Shown here: positions 8,541 through 18,302 of the stretch, piece after piece | Layout of the letters: each line of letters starts with the position of its first letter | Position numbering within the stretch: the stretch's first letter is position 1 | IMG/VR virus record: IMGVR_UViG_3300022927_001927 | DNA from: an uncultured virus (IMG/VR IMGVR_UViG_3300022927_001927) | Taxonomy: Duplodnaviria; Heunggongvirae; Uroviricota; Caudoviricetes | DNA length: 64,000 bases | Reading direction: 5' to 3' (one strand) | The notes under the pieces: generated by a model | Databases searched by the model: none | The model's input: the letters and a program-made list of their open reading frames with translations, nothing else | Told to the model about the DNA's origin: nothing | Translations under genes and position numbers: made by a program

Positions 8541-9074
8541 ATGTCAACACCACATTTTAAAGTTACAAATAGCACAAAGGTTCCTGTTTGTTACGCAGTT
8601 TACGAACAACCAAAAGACGATAATTACCCTTCCAAAAAGGGTGTACTTAAACCAGGAGAAACAAAAGAATGGAACTCTGGTTCATTATATGTAGGAAATT
8701 ACCAAGTATGGGCCGTTGTAGTTGGAGACGCTCAGGACCACACTGAATTGACACAAGTTAATGGTAATAAACCTTTTTTCCCTGGGGAAGATGTAATGAA
8801 AGTTTACTTTGAAGATGGTTTAGAAAATTGGTTAGGTTCTCTTGATAGAGCTGATATGGAAGCATTTTCTTCTGATGATTTAAAACAAACCTTAGGAGAG
8901 GACATGACTGAATCAGTTTGTCCAACCTTCTATTGGAATGGGACATCAACCCACCATGTTCAAATAACAGGTGGTCCTCAATTAGTCCAAGAACCCGAAA
9001 CAGGTTTGTATAGAATAGGTAAACCTGGAGAAGAAATTGAAGCAACCGAATTACTTTGTTATAGAGCGGGATAA
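8541..9074 (+). CDS. Hypothetical protein
   Basis: ORF track; A-rich leader supports ATG 8541. Confidence 0.65.
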   Translation: MSTPHFKVTNSTKVPVCYAVYEQPKDDNYPSKKGVLKPGETKEWNSGSLYVGNYQVWAVVVGDAQDHTELTQVNGNKPFFPGEDVMKVYFEDGLENWLGSLDRADMEAFSSDDLKQTLGEDMTESVCPTFYWNGTSTHHVQITGGPQLVQEPETGLYRIGKPGEEIEATELLCYRAG

Positions 9075-9096
9075 AATTAAAAAACAAAAAATACAA

Positions 9097-10092
9097 ATGA
9101 GCAACTTATTTACCGAAAGAATTCACTACAAACCCTTTGAATACCCTGAGTATTATTTAGAAGGATGGCTTCCACAAGCCCAGGCATTTTGGCTTCATAC
9201 TGAAATTTCAATGCAAAGCGATGTTAAAGATTGGAATGAAAATCTTAATCCATCGGAAAAGAACTTAGTAGGTAATATACTTTTAGGATTTGCTCAAACT
9301 GAATGTGCAGTTTCTGACTATTGGACAGGAATGGTTACTAAGTGGTTCCCTAAACATGAAATTAGACAAATGGCTATGATGTTTGGATCACAAGAAACTA
9401 TCCATGCAGTTGCATATTCTTATCTTAATGAAACATTAGGTCTTGAAGATTTTGAAGCATTTTTACATGAACCTTCTATTGCTGACCGCTTTGAATTCTT
9501 AATGCAAACAACAGCTGACTATACTCATGAAGATTTGCATAAAGATCCTAATGCACGTAAAGAAGTAGGAAGATCTCTTGCTATCTTTTCTGCCTTTGCT
9601 GAAGGTGTTGCACTTTACTCATCTTTTGCTGTTCTTTATAGTTTCCAACTGAGAAACTTTTTAAAAGGTATTGGTCAACAAATGAAATGGTCAGTAAGAG
9701 ACGAATCACTGCATTCTAAAATGGGATGTAAACTATTCCGCCATATGTGTGAAGAGTATCCTGAGTTAAAAGAAGAAGCAAGAGCTGATATTGAAAATGC
9801 AGCATCTCTTATTATAGAAATGGAGCATAAGTATATTGATAAAATATTTGAACAAGGAGATTTAGAAAATCTCGCAGCATATGACCTTAAGAACTTTATT
9901 TACCGAAGAACTAATGAAAAGTTGGAGGAATTAGGGTATGATGCCATTTTTGATTATGATGAAAAATCAGCAGATAATTTAGATTGGTTTTATCACCTTA
10001 CTGGTGGGCATACTCACACTGACTTTTTTGCAATCAGACCTACTGATTATGCAAAGGCAGGAGAAGATGATAATTGGGACGACATTTGGTAA
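9097..10092 (+). CDS. nrdB: Class I ribonucleotide reductase beta subunit
   Basis: QTE, ETIH with AY radical Tyr, EG, DESLH metal ligands; DFF...Y tail. Confidence 0.95.
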   Translation: MSNLFTERIHYKPFEYPEYYLEGWLPQAQAFWLHTEISMQSDVKDWNENLNPSEKNLVGNILLGFAQTECAVSDYWTGMVTKWFPKHEIRQMAMMFGSQETIHAVAYSYLNETLGLEDFEAFLHEPSIADRFEFLMQTTADYTHEDLHKDPNARKEVGRSLAIFSAFAEGVALYSSFAVLYSFQLRNFLKGIGQQMKWSVRDESLHSKMGCKLFRHMCEEYPELKEEARADIENAASLIIEMEHKYIDKIFEQGDLENLAAYDLKNFIYRRTNEKLEELGYDAIFDYDEKSADNLDWFYHLTGGHTHTDFFAIRPTDYAKAGEDDNWDDIW

Positions 10093-10110
10093 ATAATAAA
10101 GAAGATAAAA

Positions 10111-11886
10111 ATGACAGCAGATCAATTAGAAAAAGAATTAGGATGGGAAAGGGGTGTTGATTACCCTGAATGGGGCCATACTAATGTTTACTTACAAACA
10201 ATATCAAAAGGATATTGTTTACCTGGAGAAACCCCAAGAGATGCATATTGGAGAGTATGTACTACTGTAGCAAATAGATTAAAGAAACCTGACCTTGCGG
10301 ATAAGTTTTTTAAATATATTTGGAAAGGATGGTTAAACTTAGCATCACCTGTATTAAGTAATACTGGAACTGAAAGAGGTTTACCTATAAGCTGTTTTGG
10401 AATTGATGTGGCTGATTCTATTAATGATATAGGGCAAAAGAACCTTGAATTAATGTTATTGGCTAAACATGGAGGTGGTGTTGGGATATGTCATAATCAG
10501 ATTAGACCTGCTGGTGCAGAGATAACCGATAATGGTACAAGTGATGGTGTAGTACCTTTTATAAAGATTAATGATTCTACTATTCTTGCTACTAATCAAG
10601 GTGCGGTTAGGCGAGGTGCAGCTAGTTCAAATTTAAATATTGAACATGGTGACTTTTGGGAGTGGTTAGAAATTAGAGAACCTAAGGGTGATATTAATCG
10701 TCAATGTTTAAATATGAATCAATGTGTTATCATTTCTGATAAGTTTATGAGAAAGGTAATGGAAGGTGATAATGATGCTAGGTCACGATTTTCAGCTGTT
10801 CAAAGAAAGAGAAGACAAACTGGGCAACCTTATATAATGTATCGAGGAAATGTTAATAAGCAAAACCCGGAAGCATATAAGAGAAATGGTTTAAAGGTCT
10901 TTATGACCAACATCTGCTCTGAGATAACATTACACAGCGACGAAAATCATTCTTTTGTATGCTGCTTAAGTTCTCTTAATCTTTCTAAATATGATGAATG
11001 GAAAAATACTAATCTTATTTATGATGCTACATGGTTTTTAGATGGCGTTCTTGAAGAATTTATACAAAAGGCAAAGTACAGAAAAGGGTTTGAAAATTCC
11101 GTAAGAACGGCAGAAAAAGGGAGAGCCTTAGGTCTTGGTGTTTTAGGATGGCATACATACCTACAGCAGAGAGGTATTGCGTTTGAAGGTTTAGAGGCTC
11201 AATATGAAACGCGAAATATCTTTTCTCAAATTAAAATTGAAAGCGAAAGAGCAAGCCGTGATTTAGCAGAAGAATACGGAGAACCTCTTTGGTGTAGAGA
11301 TACTGGATTTAGAAATACTCACCTTAGAGCCGTTGCTCCAACTGTTTCTAATTCTAAACTCGCTGGCGGTATTTCTGCTGGGGTTGAACCTGTACCTGCA
11401 AATATTTGGACCGATCAATCCGCAAAGGGAACCTTTATTAGAAAGAATAGTATTCTTGAAGGATTCCTTGAAAAGATAGGCCATAACAATAAAAAGGTAT
11501 GGGATAAAATAATGGCAGATGGTGGATCTGTACAAGGTCTTAAGTTTTTAGATGAGTGGTGTTTTGTTAAAGGAATTTTGGTTAAATGTAAAGATGTACC
11601 TGAATTTGAAGAAGGTGTACCTTTTAAAGATGTATTTAAAACCTTTAAAGAAATTAACCAATTAGAACTAGTAAGGCAAGCCGGTATTAGGCAACAATAT
11701 ATTGATCAAGCAGTATCTCTTAATCTTGCGTTTCCTAAAGAAGCTTCACCTAAGTGGATTAACCAAGTCCACCTTGAAGCATGGAAACAGGGAATCAAAA
11801 CACTTTACTATATGAGAACTGAATCTGTATTAAGAGGTGATATTGCCGCAAAAGCTATGGAAGAATGCGTAAGTTGTGATGGATAA
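10111..11886 (+). CDS. nrdA: Class I ribonucleotide reductase alpha subunit (no ATP cone)
   Basis: ASPVLSN, ISCF, GGGVG, TNICSEI, APTVS, KTLYY, C-terminal CVSC. Confidence 0.95.
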   Translation: MTADQLEKELGWERGVDYPEWGHTNVYLQTISKGYCLPGETPRDAYWRVCTTVANRLKKPDLADKFFKYIWKGWLNLASPVLSNTGTERGLPISCFGIDVADSINDIGQKNLELMLLAKHGGGVGICHNQIRPAGAEITDNGTSDGVVPFIKINDSTILATNQGAVRRGAASSNLNIEHGDFWEWLEIREPKGDINRQCLNMNQCVIISDKFMRKVMEGDNDARSRFSAVQRKRRQTGQPYIMYRGNVNKQNPEAYKRNGLKVFMTNICSEITLHSDENHSFVCCLSSLNLSKYDEWKNTNLIYDATWFLDGVLEEFIQKAKYRKGFENSVRTAEKGRALGLGVLGWHTYLQQRGIAFEGLEAQYETRNIFSQIKIESERASRDLAEEYGEPLWCRDTGFRNTHLRAVAPTVSNSKLAGGISAGVEPVPANIWTDQSAKGTFIRKNSILEGFLEKIGHNNKKVWDKIMADGGSVQGLKFLDEWCFVKGILVKCKDVPEFEEGVPFKDVFKTFKEINQLELVRQAGIRQQYIDQAVSLNLAFPKEASPKWINQVHLEAWKQGIKTLYYMRTESVLRGDIAAKAMEECVSCDG

Positions 11887-12619
11887 GTATATTTTAGGCC
11901 CGTGTTCTTTAGAAAGCCAAGAAAACTGTAAAGAAGTTTTAGATGTCTTATACCCTATAATGAAAGGTAAAGATTGGTATTTTAAAGGATCTTTTGATAA
12001 AGCAAACCGAACCTCTATCCACTCAGATAGAGGTCCTGGTATTCATAAAGGTTTAGATATATTTGCTTGGATTAAAGCAACCTATCCTAGTGTGAAATTA
12101 GTTACAGACATCCATGAACCGTGGCAAGCAGAGAAACTTTCAGGGTACATTGATATGATACAAATACCAGCGTTCTTATGTAGACAAACAGATTTAGTAA
12201 TAGCTTGCGCAAAATGGTTTAAGCATATTAATGTTAAGAAAGGGCAGTGGCTATCACCACATGCAATGGAACACGTAGTTACTAAAATTAAGGAAGTTAA
12301 TCCTAAAGCTAAAGTGTACATTACTGAAAGAGGTACTTCATTTGGTTATAGTGGTCTTATGCCTGACTTTAGGGCTGTTGATATTATGAAGTCATTTAGT
12401 GATGGGGTCTTTTTAGATTGTACTCACTCAACACAAAAACCTAAAGGTGAAACAACCGGGGGCGATAGAGAATTGGCTAAAAAATATGCCCTTGCTGCTA
12501 AGATATTTGAATACGATGGAGTATTTATTGAAACTCATCCTGATCCAACAAATGCAATTTCAGATGCTGATAGCCAAGTTGAATTAGAGTGGATCGTATC
12601 TCAAATAAATAATATATGA
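11879..12619 (+). CDS. kdsA: KDO8P synthase
   Basis: GPC, KGSFDKANRTS, TDIHE, QIPAFLCRQTDL, KKGQ, ERGTSFGY, ETHPDP. Confidence 0.92.
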   Translation: MDKYILGPCSLESQENCKEVLDVLYPIMKGKDWYFKGSFDKANRTSIHSDRGPGIHKGLDIFAWIKATYPSVKLVTDIHEPWQAEKLSGYIDMIQIPAFLCRQTDLVIACAKWFKHINVKKGQWLSPHAMEHVVTKIKEVNPKAKVYITERGTSFGYSGLMPDFRAVDIMKSFSDGVFLDCTHSTQKPKGETTGGDRELAKKYALAAKIFEYDGVFIETHPDPTNAISDADSQVELEWIVSQINNI

Positions 12620-13104
12620 AAACTAAAAAATCTGCAGGTTTAGCGATCATATATGACAATAAAATTTTATTGGCTCATACAACCTCAAGAGGATGGTATG
12701 GATCTTATGGTATTCCTAAAGGTGGCATTGATGATGGTGAATCTAAATTAGATGCAGCAATAAGAGAAACTCGTGAAGAAGTTGGAATTAACATTCCTAA
12801 AAAACTTATAGATCCTACTGAATATACATTTACGGTAAGTACCAAAAAATATGGTCATAAGATTGTATATTATTACATTGTAAAAATAGATGATCTTAAC
12901 CAGATAGGGTTAAAGGATTTAAGAGTTCCTAAAAAGCAATTACAAGTTGAAGAAGTTGACTGGGCTGGTTTTTTAGATTATAAAGAAGCTATGAAAAGAG
13001 TCATGAAGTCTCAAATTTCTTTAGTCAATAATTTAGTAGGAAAGGGACTTTTAGAAAAGAAGCAAAACATTTTAAACTTTAAAAGGTTTGGAGATAGATT
13101 ATAA
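12616..13104 (+). CDS. NUDIX hydrolase
   Basis: GGIDDGESKLDAAIRETREEVG Nudix box. Confidence 0.92.
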   Translation: MKTKKSAGLAIIYDNKILLAHTTSRGWYGSYGIPKGGIDDGESKLDAAIRETREEVGINIPKKLIDPTEYTFTVSTKKYGHKIVYYYIVKIDDLNQIGLKDLRVPKKQLQVEEVDWAGFLDYKEAMKRVMKSQISLVNNLVGKGLLEKKQNILNFKRFGDRL

Positions 13105-14143
13105 TAAGCTACTTGGAAGAGATCCTATTACTACGGATTTAGAAGCAATCCAAGATTACATAAAAGGTAAAAGAGTTTTAGTAACTGGTGGTGCTGGTTC
13201 AATAGGAAGTGAAATAGTAAGACAGTTAATTAAATGTGGGACATCTACTGTAACCGTTTACGATAATGCAGAGGCATCAATGTTTCATCTTGAACAAGAA
13301 ATATCCAGAACTTATCCAAAAGCTCATATTAAATATGTTATAGGAGATGTAAGAGATAAGTATAGATTAGACGAAATATTTGATACTTTTAAACCTAACA
13401 TAGTATTTCATGCAGCTGCATATAAGCATGTCCCTATGATGGAGTTAAACCCAATTGAGGCAATAAAAACTAATGTATTAGGAACAATGAATGTTTCCAA
13501 TATTGCTTATATGAATGAGGTAGAAAAGTTTGTAATGGTATCAACTGATAAGGCAGTAAATCCAACAAATATAATGGGTGCTACTAAAAGAATAGCCGAA
13601 CTTTATACACAATTCTTAGAAACTAAATCTGCCACAAATTTTATTGTTACTAGGTTTGGTAATGTATTAGGATCCGAAGGTTCTGTTATTCCTACGTTTA
13701 TTAAACAGATTGAAAGAGGTGGGCCTGTTAGTGTTACTCATAAAGAAGTTATTAGATATTTTATGACGATACCTGAAGCATGTCAATTAGTATTACAGGC
13801 AAGTGTTTTAGGTAAAGGTGGAGAAGTGTTTCTATTTGATATGGGTGAGCCTGTAAATATTAATGATTTAGCAAAAAGATTAATTTCTCATTTTAATAGT
13901 AATGCTGAAATTAAATACATTGGACTAAGACCAGGAGAAAAACTTTATGAAGAATTATTATGTGACGGGGAAAACATGGTTACTACTGATGATCATAATA
14001 TAATGAAACTTAATCATGTTGATTATGATTTTAAGGAATTAATCCCTAAGATAGAAAAACTTTCAAAAATAAGATCAAATGATTTTTATAAGATATTATT
14101 GTTAGTCAAAAGTATTGTCCCTGAATTTAAAAGAGAAGAATAA
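13088..14143 (+). CDS. UDP-GlcNAc 4,6-dehydratase (PglF/CapD-like, soluble)
   Basis: TGGAGSIGSE, HAAAYKHVP, STDKAVNP, MGATK, RFGNVLGS, RPGEKLYEEL. Confidence 0.92.
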   Translation: MEIDYNKLLGRDPITTDLEAIQDYIKGKRVLVTGGAGSIGSEIVRQLIKCGTSTVTVYDNAEASMFHLEQEISRTYPKAHIKYVIGDVRDKYRLDEIFDTFKPNIVFHAAAYKHVPMMELNPIEAIKTNVLGTMNVSNIAYMNEVEKFVMVSTDKAVNPTNIMGATKRIAELYTQFLETKSATNFIVTRFGNVLGSEGSVIPTFIKQIERGGPVSVTHKEVIRYFMTIPEACQLVLQASVLGKGGEVFLFDMGEPVNINDLAKRLISHFNSNAEIKYIGLRPGEKLYEELLCDGENMVTTDDHNIMKLNHVDYDFKELIPKIEKLSKIRSNDFYKILLLVKSIVPEFKREE

Positions 14144-14676
14144 TGGTAAACATTTACGGTAAAGGCGGTCATGCAAGAATGATAGCATCTCTTATTGATG
14201 ATAGCTATTCATTTTATAATGATGATGATTTTTATAAAGCTGATCCTAGATTTGATTGGATCATAGGAGTTGGCGATAATTCAAACAGAAAAAAGATTGC
14301 ACTTAAATTAGGTAATGTAGATTTTATAAATGCTGACCAAGGTCTATATGTAATGGAATATGAAATTGGTATAGGTGTTGTCATTGCACCAGGTGCGGTT
14401 ATTCAGAATGATGTATCTATCGGGAATCATGTAATCATTAATACATCTGCATCAGTAGATCATGATTGTGTAATTGGAGACTTTGTACATATTGCACCTA
14501 ATGTAACTTTATGTGGAGCTGTAGAAATCGGAGAAGGGACATTCATTGGTGCAGGCTCAGTTGTAATACCTGGAATTAAAATAGGGAAGAATTGTGTAAT
14601 TGGTGCAGGGAGTGTTGTAGTTAGAGATATTCCGGATAATTCTAAAGCCTACGGTAATCCTGCTAAATTAAAATAA
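14143..14676 (+). CDS. Sugar N-acetyltransferase (PglD/NeuD-like)
   Basis: GGHA, hexapeptide repeats, DHDC, YGNPA. Confidence 0.9.
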   Translation: MVNIYGKGGHARMIASLIDDSYSFYNDDDFYKADPRFDWIIGVGDNSNRKKIALKLGNVDFINADQGLYVMEYEIGIGVVIAPGAVIQNDVSIGNHVIINTSASVDHDCVIGDFVHIAPNVTLCGAVEIGEGTFIGAGSVVIPGIKIGKNCVIGAGSVVVRDIPDNSKAYGNPAKLK

Positions 14677-14677
14677 T

Positions 14678-15793
14678 ATGAAGAAAATATACTTATCCCC
14701 ACCTCATATGTCAGGTAAAGAGCTTGATTATATAAAAGAGGCATTTGAACAAAATTGGATTGCACCAGTAGGACCTCATCTTACCAAATTTGAAGAATCC
14801 ATTAAAGAATATACTGGCGCAAAACATGCCGTGGCGGTAACATCCGGTACTGCAGGTATTCACCTGGCATTAAAGGCTTTAGGTGTAGGAGATGGTGATT
14901 TTGTTATATGCTCTTCTCTAACCTTTATTGGAACCGTGAATCCTATTTTATATTGTGGAGCAGAACCTATATTTGTAGATTCTGAGGAAGGTACATGGAA
15001 CATGGATCCTGTTTTATTAGAAACCGCAATTCTTAATTCAAATGCAATAGGTAAAAAACCTAAAGCAATTATTCCAGTACATATTTTTGGAGTTCCTTGT
15101 AACATGGATGCAATTAAAAAATTATCCGATGAATATGATATACCTATTATTGAAGATGCTGCTGAAAGTTTAGGATCAACGATTGATGGAAAACATACAG
15201 GTACATTTGGTAAAATTGGAGTCTATTCATTTAATGGAAATAAATTACTTTCAACATCTGGCGGTGGGGTTATAATTACTGATGATAAAGAAAAAGCTGA
15301 TAAGATGAGGTTCTTATCAACACAAGCAAAAGATCCAATGCCGTTCTACCATCATACTGAAATTGGATATAATTATAGAATGAGTAATATTCTTGCTGCT
15401 ATAGGAATAGGTCAGATGGAAGTTATTGAAGATCGTATTAAAAGAACCCGTGAGGTTAACCAAATTTACAAAAAAGAATTAGGTGATTACTTTTATTCAT
15501 TCCAGGAGGAGACTGATCATGATAGATCCAATGCATGGTTAACTTGTGCTATTTTAAAACCAGAAGATAGACCACAAGAACTCATAGAACATTTAGCAAA
15601 TGATAATATTGAAGCTAGAAGGATTTGGAAACCTATGCATCAGCAACCGGTTCTAACCTCATACCGAAAATATATAAATGGAAACAGTGCTCTATTATTC
15701 TTACAAGGTATATGCTTACCTTCAGGGTCGGATTTAACCGATGAAGATCTTAAAAGGATAATTGAGTCAATAAAAACATTTTTCAATAAATGA
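14678..15793 (+). CDS. DegT/DnrJ family sugar aminotransferase (PglE-like)
   Basis: LSPPHM, SGTAGIHLAL, EDAAESLG, SFNGNK, GYNYRM. Confidence 0.92.
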   Translation: MKKIYLSPPHMSGKELDYIKEAFEQNWIAPVGPHLTKFEESIKEYTGAKHAVAVTSGTAGIHLALKALGVGDGDFVICSSLTFIGTVNPILYCGAEPIFVDSEEGTWNMDPVLLETAILNSNAIGKKPKAIIPVHIFGVPCNMDAIKKLSDEYDIPIIEDAAESLGSTIDGKHTGTFGKIGVYSFNGNKLLSTSGGGVIITDDKEKADKMRFLSTQAKDPMPFYHHTEIGYNYRMSNILAAIGIGQMEVIEDRIKRTREVNQIYKKELGDYFYSFQEETDHDRSNAWLTCAILKPEDRPQELIEHLANDNIEARRIWKPMHQQPVLTSYRKYINGNSALLFLQGICLPSGSDLTDEDLKRIIESIKTFFNK

Positions 15794-16686
15794 TAAGCTT
15801 TGATGAATACAATTTACTAGAGTCATATATAGGCTCAGGGAATTTTGAAATCTTATTAGAGAAGAATCTTACTAGTGAAATTGATAAAAAGATTAAGTTT
15901 GGTATTGTAATGCCTACTCATAAAATTTCTGATGGCGGTGCTCAGACTGGTCGTCAAAAATTTATGGACACTCCTTCTCTACTTAGAGATTCTTTAGGAT
16001 CTATTAAGAATCAGAAATATGACAATTATGTAGTTTACTTAGTAGGCGATAAATATGATGGTGATGAAGAAATAAAAAAGGTAATGGATGAAGTAATTCC
16101 TAAAGAAAAACTGAAATACCATAATCTATCGACACCAGGAGAACGTGACAAAGGTTTTACTAAACAACAATTTAGATATACGGCAGGATGTGGTGCTATG
16201 AATAAAGGCCTTCAGATGGCAAAGAACGATGGCTGTGATTACATTGTAAGAATTGATCATGATGATAAATGGAGCCCAGATCACTTGGAGCTTTTGGCAA
16301 AGGCATACACGCAATATCCTGAATTGGCATATGTATTTACAAGAAGTCGCAAAAAGGTAGATGCAACAAATAGTTCAAAGAAGTTTATGTATCAACCTAG
16401 AGATGAAAGACATACTAATACAATAGAGCCAAATAATCTAGGCTATACACATGGTGATGTTAGCCATTCAGCGGTTTCATGGAGACCTAGTATGTGCGGT
16501 GATTTAAGATACCGTGATGCATCTCAACAAGCAAACACAGCCCCAAAGATACCTATGGCTAAGACAAACCCGGCTGACGTTGATATGTTTAATAGAATGA
16601 TGAAAGCTATTAAAGATAAAGGGCATAAGTACATGTACATACCAAGACTAACAAGTTTCTATAGAAACAGAAAAGGTAAATTCTAA
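15790..16686 (+). CDS. GT2 family glycosyltransferase with N-terminal extension
   Basis: IVMPTH, SIKNQ, MNKGL, RIDHDD. Confidence 0.8.
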   Translation: MISFDEYNLLESYIGSGNFEILLEKNLTSEIDKKIKFGIVMPTHKISDGGAQTGRQKFMDTPSLLRDSLGSIKNQKYDNYVVYLVGDKYDGDEEIKKVMDEVIPKEKLKYHNLSTPGERDKGFTKQQFRYTAGCGAMNKGLQMAKNDGCDYIVRIDHDDKWSPDHLELLAKAYTQYPELAYVFTRSRKKVDATNSSKKFMYQPRDERHTNTIEPNNLGYTHGDVSHSAVSWRPSMCGDLRYRDASQQANTAPKIPMAKTNPADVDMFNRMMKAIKDKGHKYMYIPRLTSFYRNRKGKF

Positions 16687-16720
16687 TGAATATATATTAA
16701 AACAATAAAAAATAACTATT

Positions 16721-16897
16721 ATGGAAAAATTTGAAGAAATCAAAGCACTTATTGAAGCAGTAGGCGAAGACGTTGAAAAGTTTTACGTTAAAGGAAACAA
16801 AGCTGCTGCTGTAAGAATTCGTAAGTCTATGCAAGATGTTAAGAACCTTGCACAAGAACTAAGATTACACGTTCAAGAGACTAAGAATAACATGTAA
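16721..16897 (+). CDS. Histone H1-like (Hc1-family, Bacteroidota type) protein, 58 aa, not in ORF track
   Basis: MEKFEEIKALIEAVGEDVEKFYVKGNKAAAVRIRKSMQDVKNLAQELR; own promoter and terminator. Confidence 0.8.
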   Translation: MEKFEEIKALIEAVGEDVEKFYVKGNKAAAVRIRKSMQDVKNLAQELRLHVQETKNNM

Positions 16898-16928
16898 GAT
16901 AACACGTCCCCAGACACTCCTATAAAGA

Positions 16929-16953
16929 GGGCCACTGAAAAGTGGTCCTTTTT
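16929..16953 (+). terminator. Intrinsic terminator
   Basis: gggccact-gaaa-agtggtcc-ttttt. Confidence 0.85.
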
Positions 16954-17025
16954 AGTTTAATAAAGTCCTATTTACTTGAAACCTTTTTAAAAACCTCTAT
17001 ATAATAATAAATCAGTTTGGTTTAT

Positions 17026-17577
17026 ATGGAAAGGTGCTTAATATTAGATTTTGATGATACATTAGTTTCTACTATAGATACTCATGCAGATTCTTGGAGG
17101 CGAGCATTGGAAAGAGTCTTAAATAGAGAAATTCCAATAGAAACTATTATGGCCGATATTAATTATGGAATGGATGTTCTATTGCAAAAATATCAATTAA
17201 CCGAAAAGGAATCTCAATTGGCTCAGAAATATAAAAGACAAATCTTTTCTAAGAACCTGCATAAAACAAATGTTAACCAATTACTTCTGTGGATAATTGA
17301 AAACTCAAAATTTGAAAAGGTTATAATTGCATCTAATTCATCTAGGGAAAATGTGGATAGAATTATGTCGTATCATAACATTAGCCCAAATCTATTTGAC
17401 CTTATTGTAACCAGAGATGATGTTAAAAATAAGAAGCCTCATTCTGACATGGCAGATCTTATCTATAAAACATTTCCTGAATATACCTTTACTGATTTTC
17501 TTATGGTTGGTGATTCTGAAGTAGATTCAACATTCGCACTTAAAAATAATATGAAATGCATTCTGGTAAAGTTTTAG
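17026..17577 (+). CDS. HAD-family phosphatase
   Basis: DFDDTL, SNS, KKP, VGDSEVD. Confidence 0.88.
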   Translation: MERCLILDFDDTLVSTIDTHADSWRRALERVLNREIPIETIMADINYGMDVLLQKYQLTEKESQLAQKYKRQIFSKNLHKTNVNQLLLWIIENSKFEKVIIASNSSRENVDRIMSYHNISPNLFDLIVTRDDVKNKKPHSDMADLIYKTFPEYTFTDFLMVGDSEVDSTFALKNNMKCILVKF

Positions 17578-18302
17578 TAGGAAATAGTGGAGATCGCGTT
17601 TATCTCCAAGATAATAAAGTCATTAAAGAAGCAGGCGTTTATCCTATAAAGTTTAAACAGCAAATGGATTGGTTAGCAAACTGCAGTCATCCTAATTTTA
17701 TTAAGATTAATCCAATTTCGGATACTTCATTTGAAATGAATAGGTATCCTACATGGTATGAAAAGATTTGTGATCAACCTTTAATTAAATCGTTAGATCA
17801 ATTAGATAGGCTCATACATATTGTAAATGACTTTGACGGTTATGGTGCTGATGTAGATACAAGATCATATTTAGATAAACTTGAAACTAGGACAGGTTAT
17901 AAGTATGATGGTAAATTTGATGCTGCCTCAAAATGGGGTTTTGTACATGGTGATCTTACCGTAAGTAATATCTTATATGATAAAGATTTTATTTTTATTG
18001 ATCCTCGCGGTACTGAAGAACAGAGTTACTATGATCATGGTAAATTAATGCAATCATTTACTATGAAATATGAGTCCCATATATACAATGAAAGGAATCC
18101 TAAATATCTTAAGTTCTGTAGAGAAGCTGAAAAGATTATGTATCAATGGTATGATGAATATCAATTAAAGTTTTTCTTGGCAGTTCATTTATTAGGAGCA
18201 GTTCCATTTTTTGAATTAAACGAAAGGTATGAATTGGCAGGCATGTTCCTTAAGAAGGGCCACCAGTTATTTGATGAATTAGAAATTAATTATACTAAAT
18301 GA
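17556..18302 (+). CDS. APH/choline-kinase-like phosphotransferase
   Basis: HGDLTVSNIL and FIDPRG. Confidence 0.8.
   Translation: MHSGKVLVGNSGDRVYLQDNKVIKEAGVYPIKFKQQMDWLANCSHPNFIKINPISDTSFEMNRYPTWYEKICDQPLIKSLDQLDRLIHIVNDFDGYGADVDTRSYLDKLETRTGYKYDGKFDAASKWGFVHGDLTVSNILYDKDFIFIDPRGTEEQSYYDHGKLMQSFTMKYESHIYNERNPKYLKFCREAEKIMYQWYDEYQLKFFLAVHLLGAVPFFELNERYELAGMFLKKGHQLFDELEINYTK

Noticed and set aside
9097..10092. Assignment of NrdB to a specific metal subclass (e.g. class Id)
   Set aside because: First ligand is Glu and the radical Tyr is present, but the subclass cannot be fixed without phylogeny.
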